This document shows, in pieces, positions 59,954-64,000 of a stretch of DNA of 64,000 nt (its first letter is position 1; every line of letters begins with the position of its first letter). Both the position numbers and the translations under genes were made by a program. Origin of the DNA: Trueperaceae bacterium (GTDB taxonomy: Bacteria > Deinococcota > Deinococci > Deinococcales > Trueperaceae); the NCBI GenBank assembly GCA_965214405.1, contig OZ243956.1, positions 1-64,000 of the forward strand, read 5' to 3'. A model generated the notes under the pieces. It ran no database searches and was not told where the DNA came from. It was given only the letters and a program-made list of their open reading frames with translations.

Positions 59954-61214
59954 GCGAGCGCCTGCCGGAAGTCGCGTTTGAGGTCGTCCACATCCTCCAA
60001 ACCCACCGACACCCGTACTAACGCGGGGCAGACACCCGCGCGGCGTTTGGCCTCCTCACTCAGCCCCGCGTGGGTGGTGGTCCAGGGGTTGATGACGGCG
60101 GTTTTGGCGTCGCCGATGTTGGCAAGGTGCGAGGCCAGCGTCACACGGTCGAGAAAGCGGTGCGCGGTGGCGGTGTCACTGGTTTCAAACCCCAAAACCG
60201 CGCCGAAACCGTGCCGGAGCGTGCGTTGCGCGACCTCATGTGACGGGTGCGAGGGCAGACCGGGATAAATAACGCGCGTCACCTCGGGTTGTTCAGTCAG
60301 CCACTGCGCGAGCGCTAAAGCCGTCTCGCACGAGCGGGCGACGCGTAAGGAGAGCGTCTCGAGCCCCTGGAGCCCCGCAAACGCGGCGTGGGGCGACAGG
60401 GTCATGCCCATCGTGAAGAGCCCCAAGTCGTGCGCTCGAGCGGTAAACGCGGTGTCCCCCGCCCTTGACAGATACGTCCGGCCCCGGCTGTCAGGCTTAG
60501 TAAAGGCGGGAAACTTGCCGTTGTCCCACCCGTAGCGGCCCGCCTCGACGACGGCCCCGCCCACAAAGGTGCCGTGACCGCCTATCCACTTCGTCGCGGA
60601 GTGGACGACGATGTCGGCACCCTGCGTCAAGGGCTGGCAGAGGTAGCCGCCGCAGCCCCAGGTGTTGTCCACCACCAGCGGCACCTCACGTTCACCGCAA
60701 ACTTCGGCGATGGCGGTCACGTCGGGCACGGTGCCGCTGGGGTTGGCGATGGTCTCGAGCCAGACCGCCGCCGTTTGAGGACGCAACGCCGCGCGCACGC
60801 CGTCGGCGGTGGGTGAAACGCGGCTGACGGATACGCCCCAGGGCTCGAGCAGTTTCGTCGCCACGCTAAAGGTGCCGCCGAAAAGCTCGTCGGAGAGCAC
60901 CAAGTGCGCGCCCGGCTCGAGCAAACTCAGGAGCACCGCGGTCGTCGCCGCCTGACCCGAGGCGAGGGCCAAACCCGCTGCGCCACGCTCGAGCGCCACC
61001 AGTCGCGCCACAAACGCCGCCACCGTCGGGTTGTGCATCCGCCCGTACTGGTTGCCAGGCGTCTCGCCTGCAAAAAGCGCCGCCGCGCCCGCTGCGCTAT
61101 CAAAGGTGTAGGCGGCGGTCGCGTAGACGGGCACGGCGCGCGCATGGGTCGCCTTGTCTGTTTCCTCCTGGCCCGCGTGAACCTGGAGCGTGTCGAAAGC
61201 GGGCAGGTCGGGCA

Positions 61215-61215
<1 letters not shown>
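59950..61215 (-). CDS. O-acetylhomoserine aminocarboxypropyltransferase-like PLP enzyme (second, divergent copy)
   Basis: [35 protein letters not shown]. Confidence 0.85.
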
Positions 61216-62645
<1,430 letters not shown>

Positions 62646-62808
62646 TCAGGAAGACTTACGCGTCACGCCGCGCGGCGCATTCGCTGCGTTGGTTCTATCA
62701 AAAGAGGAGTGGATGAGTTGCGCATGGCGGCCTCTCTTTCTCGAGCCCAAGCTCGACTCTTTACCTTGGTACAAGATCTTAGTACAAGGCTTACGAGGCG
62801 CGTCACGC

Positions 62809-62931
62809 CTCTATCTCTCCGAAACGCTCGCCATCGTGGCTAAGCCGTTCGGCTGGACGAAGCACCCGCTTACATGAAAGCTGGTTGCTGCGGCGTCTTT
62901 GGGCCAGGTCCCTCAGCCGCTCCTGATAGAG
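62809..62931 (-). promoter_or_regulatory. SAM-I (S-box) riboswitch
   Basis: CTCTATCAGGAG..CTGAGGGACCTGGCCC..GACGCCGCAGCAACC..GGTGCT..TCC..GAGATAGAG upstream of met genes. Confidence 0.92.
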
Positions 62932-62952
62932 CCACCCGTGGGTGGTAAAACG

Positions 62953-62981
62953 AGTAAAGCACATGTCGTGAGGAGATGCAA
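62953..62981 (-). promoter_or_regulatory. Promoter of the met operon
   Basis: TTGCAT-17-TTTACT just 5' of the aptamer. Confidence 0.55.
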
Positions 62982-63226
62982 GGGGCGGTTTAGCCCTCGA
63001 GCTTCTATCATCACGCCAAACCCATAAAGTTTTGAGCCCTTTTTGGTTTAAGAGCCTGGCTTAACTACGGCGCATCTGCTTTTTATCCCTCTCCTTGTCT
63101 CCTCACCGTTTCAACCTCTGTTCAACCTCTGACAACAAAATTCTGACAATAATTATGTCAGTTTATCAGAACCGGTGCCAGGCCCGAAACCTGCATAGTC
63201 TCCAATCCAGAGATGAAAAAGTCCGC

Positions 63227-63707
63227 CTACCCCTTTAACTCCCCCAGCCTCGCCAAAAACCCCTCCACCTGCTCATGCAAGAGCGTAGCGGTGCGGGGCA
63301 GTTTACCCGCGACCAAACGCTCCCGCTCCCAATCGAGTTCGAACGTATAGGCGTGGCGGAAGATGTGACGGAAGCCGCGGAAGTCGTTGAGCAAGCTGTA
63401 CAGTTCTTCGTCAATCACGGCGGGGTGGTAGCCGGAGACCGTAAAGCCGCATCCTTTTCAAAAGGTCCGCGCGCCAGCCTTTAGGACTCAGGTCGTTTTC
63501 AAAAAAGCGAGCGATGGAGCGGAAGATGTTTTCGCAGCCGTTGTAAAAGGAGTGGAGGTAGTAGCCGACCGCCGCGCGGTCGTAAAAAGGCACGTCTTCT
63601 GGGGGTTTGGCGAGCAGGCTCTCCAACTCGGTAAAGTCTCGTCTCAAGCGCTCGAGCTTACCCAGCTCGTCCCGTACGTCGGCCTTGAGAAGTTCTGTGT
63701 TAGGCAC
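63227..63707 (-). pseudogene. HEPN (HepT-like) RNase toxin with a frameshift near 63444
   Basis: LHSFYNGCENIF..W.ADLLKRM in one frame, then VSGYHPAVIDEELY..FRGFRHIFRHAY (Rx4H) in another. Confidence 0.75.
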
Positions 63708-64000
63708 GTTCAAACACGGCCTCTCCGCGCCCCAGCACTTTGGCGACAAAGGTGGGGTCATCGTCTTTGGTGTAGAGGTCGCACGGGTAGCCGGTCGCCT
63801 CTTCCAACGCACGCTTAAAAGGCCAATAATGGTCAGCCGAGAGCGGCCACACCAGCAGGTCGATACCCGAACCCGCCGCGCTTCGGCCCGCGGCAACCGA
63901 CCCGAACAGCACGGCCTGTTGGACGCCGAAGAGTTCAAAGATAGGGTTTGCTCGCGCTAACGCAGTTTTGCGCGCGTCGGCCTGTCGCTGCGCCCCAAGC
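63700..64000 (-). CDS. Minimal nucleotidyltransferase (MNT) antitoxin, 5'-partial
   Basis: VLFGSVAAG..SGIDLLV..CDL; overlaps the HEPN start; frame open to the window edge. Confidence 0.75.
   Translation of the reverse strand, partial: LGAQRQADARKTALARANPIFELFGVQQAVLFGSVAAGRSAAGSGIDLLVWPLSADHYWPFKRALEEATGYPCDLYTKDDDPTFVAKVLGRGEAVFERA

Noticed and set aside
63141..63171. Deinococcal RDRM (DdrO) site
   Set aside because: Half-site spacing does not fit the 17-bp RDRM palindrome

Overview
GC-rich bacterial chromosomal segment, most likely Deinococcota and Truepera-like. This is inferred from the tmRNA tag GNNNARQSFALAA, several leaderless -10-to-start promoters, the futalosine-pathway mqnC and a Deinococcus-type tyrosine recombinase. 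Housekeeping and envelope genes include mqnC, DUF937, a TPR protein, TraB, DUF2207, DUF2254, MscS, TerC and a MalK-type ATPase. Other content: a low-GC DUF3644/HEPN gene broken by one in-frame stop; a GH5; a solitary tyrosine recombinase with a core-site-like inverted repeat at its promoter; and a 17-kb ROK-associated sugar catabolism island (aldolase, RhaB-like kinase, GmhA-like isomerase, GH38, two ABC importers, TIM-barrel isomerase, two Gfo/Idh/MocA enzymes). Further on are a four-permease MacB-type exporter, a third sugar ABC importer, tmRNA, a cation-chloride cotransporter, a SAM-I-controlled metY-metY-metX operon and a decaying MNT-HEPN pair. Notable non-coding signals: highly iterated CTCGAG, a dispersed AAAATAwCAGGwAACC motif, a yybP-ykoY-like switch before the MalK gene, a structured intergenic RNA candidate and a uORF in the SAM-I leader. 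All calls come from reading the sequence; no searches were run.
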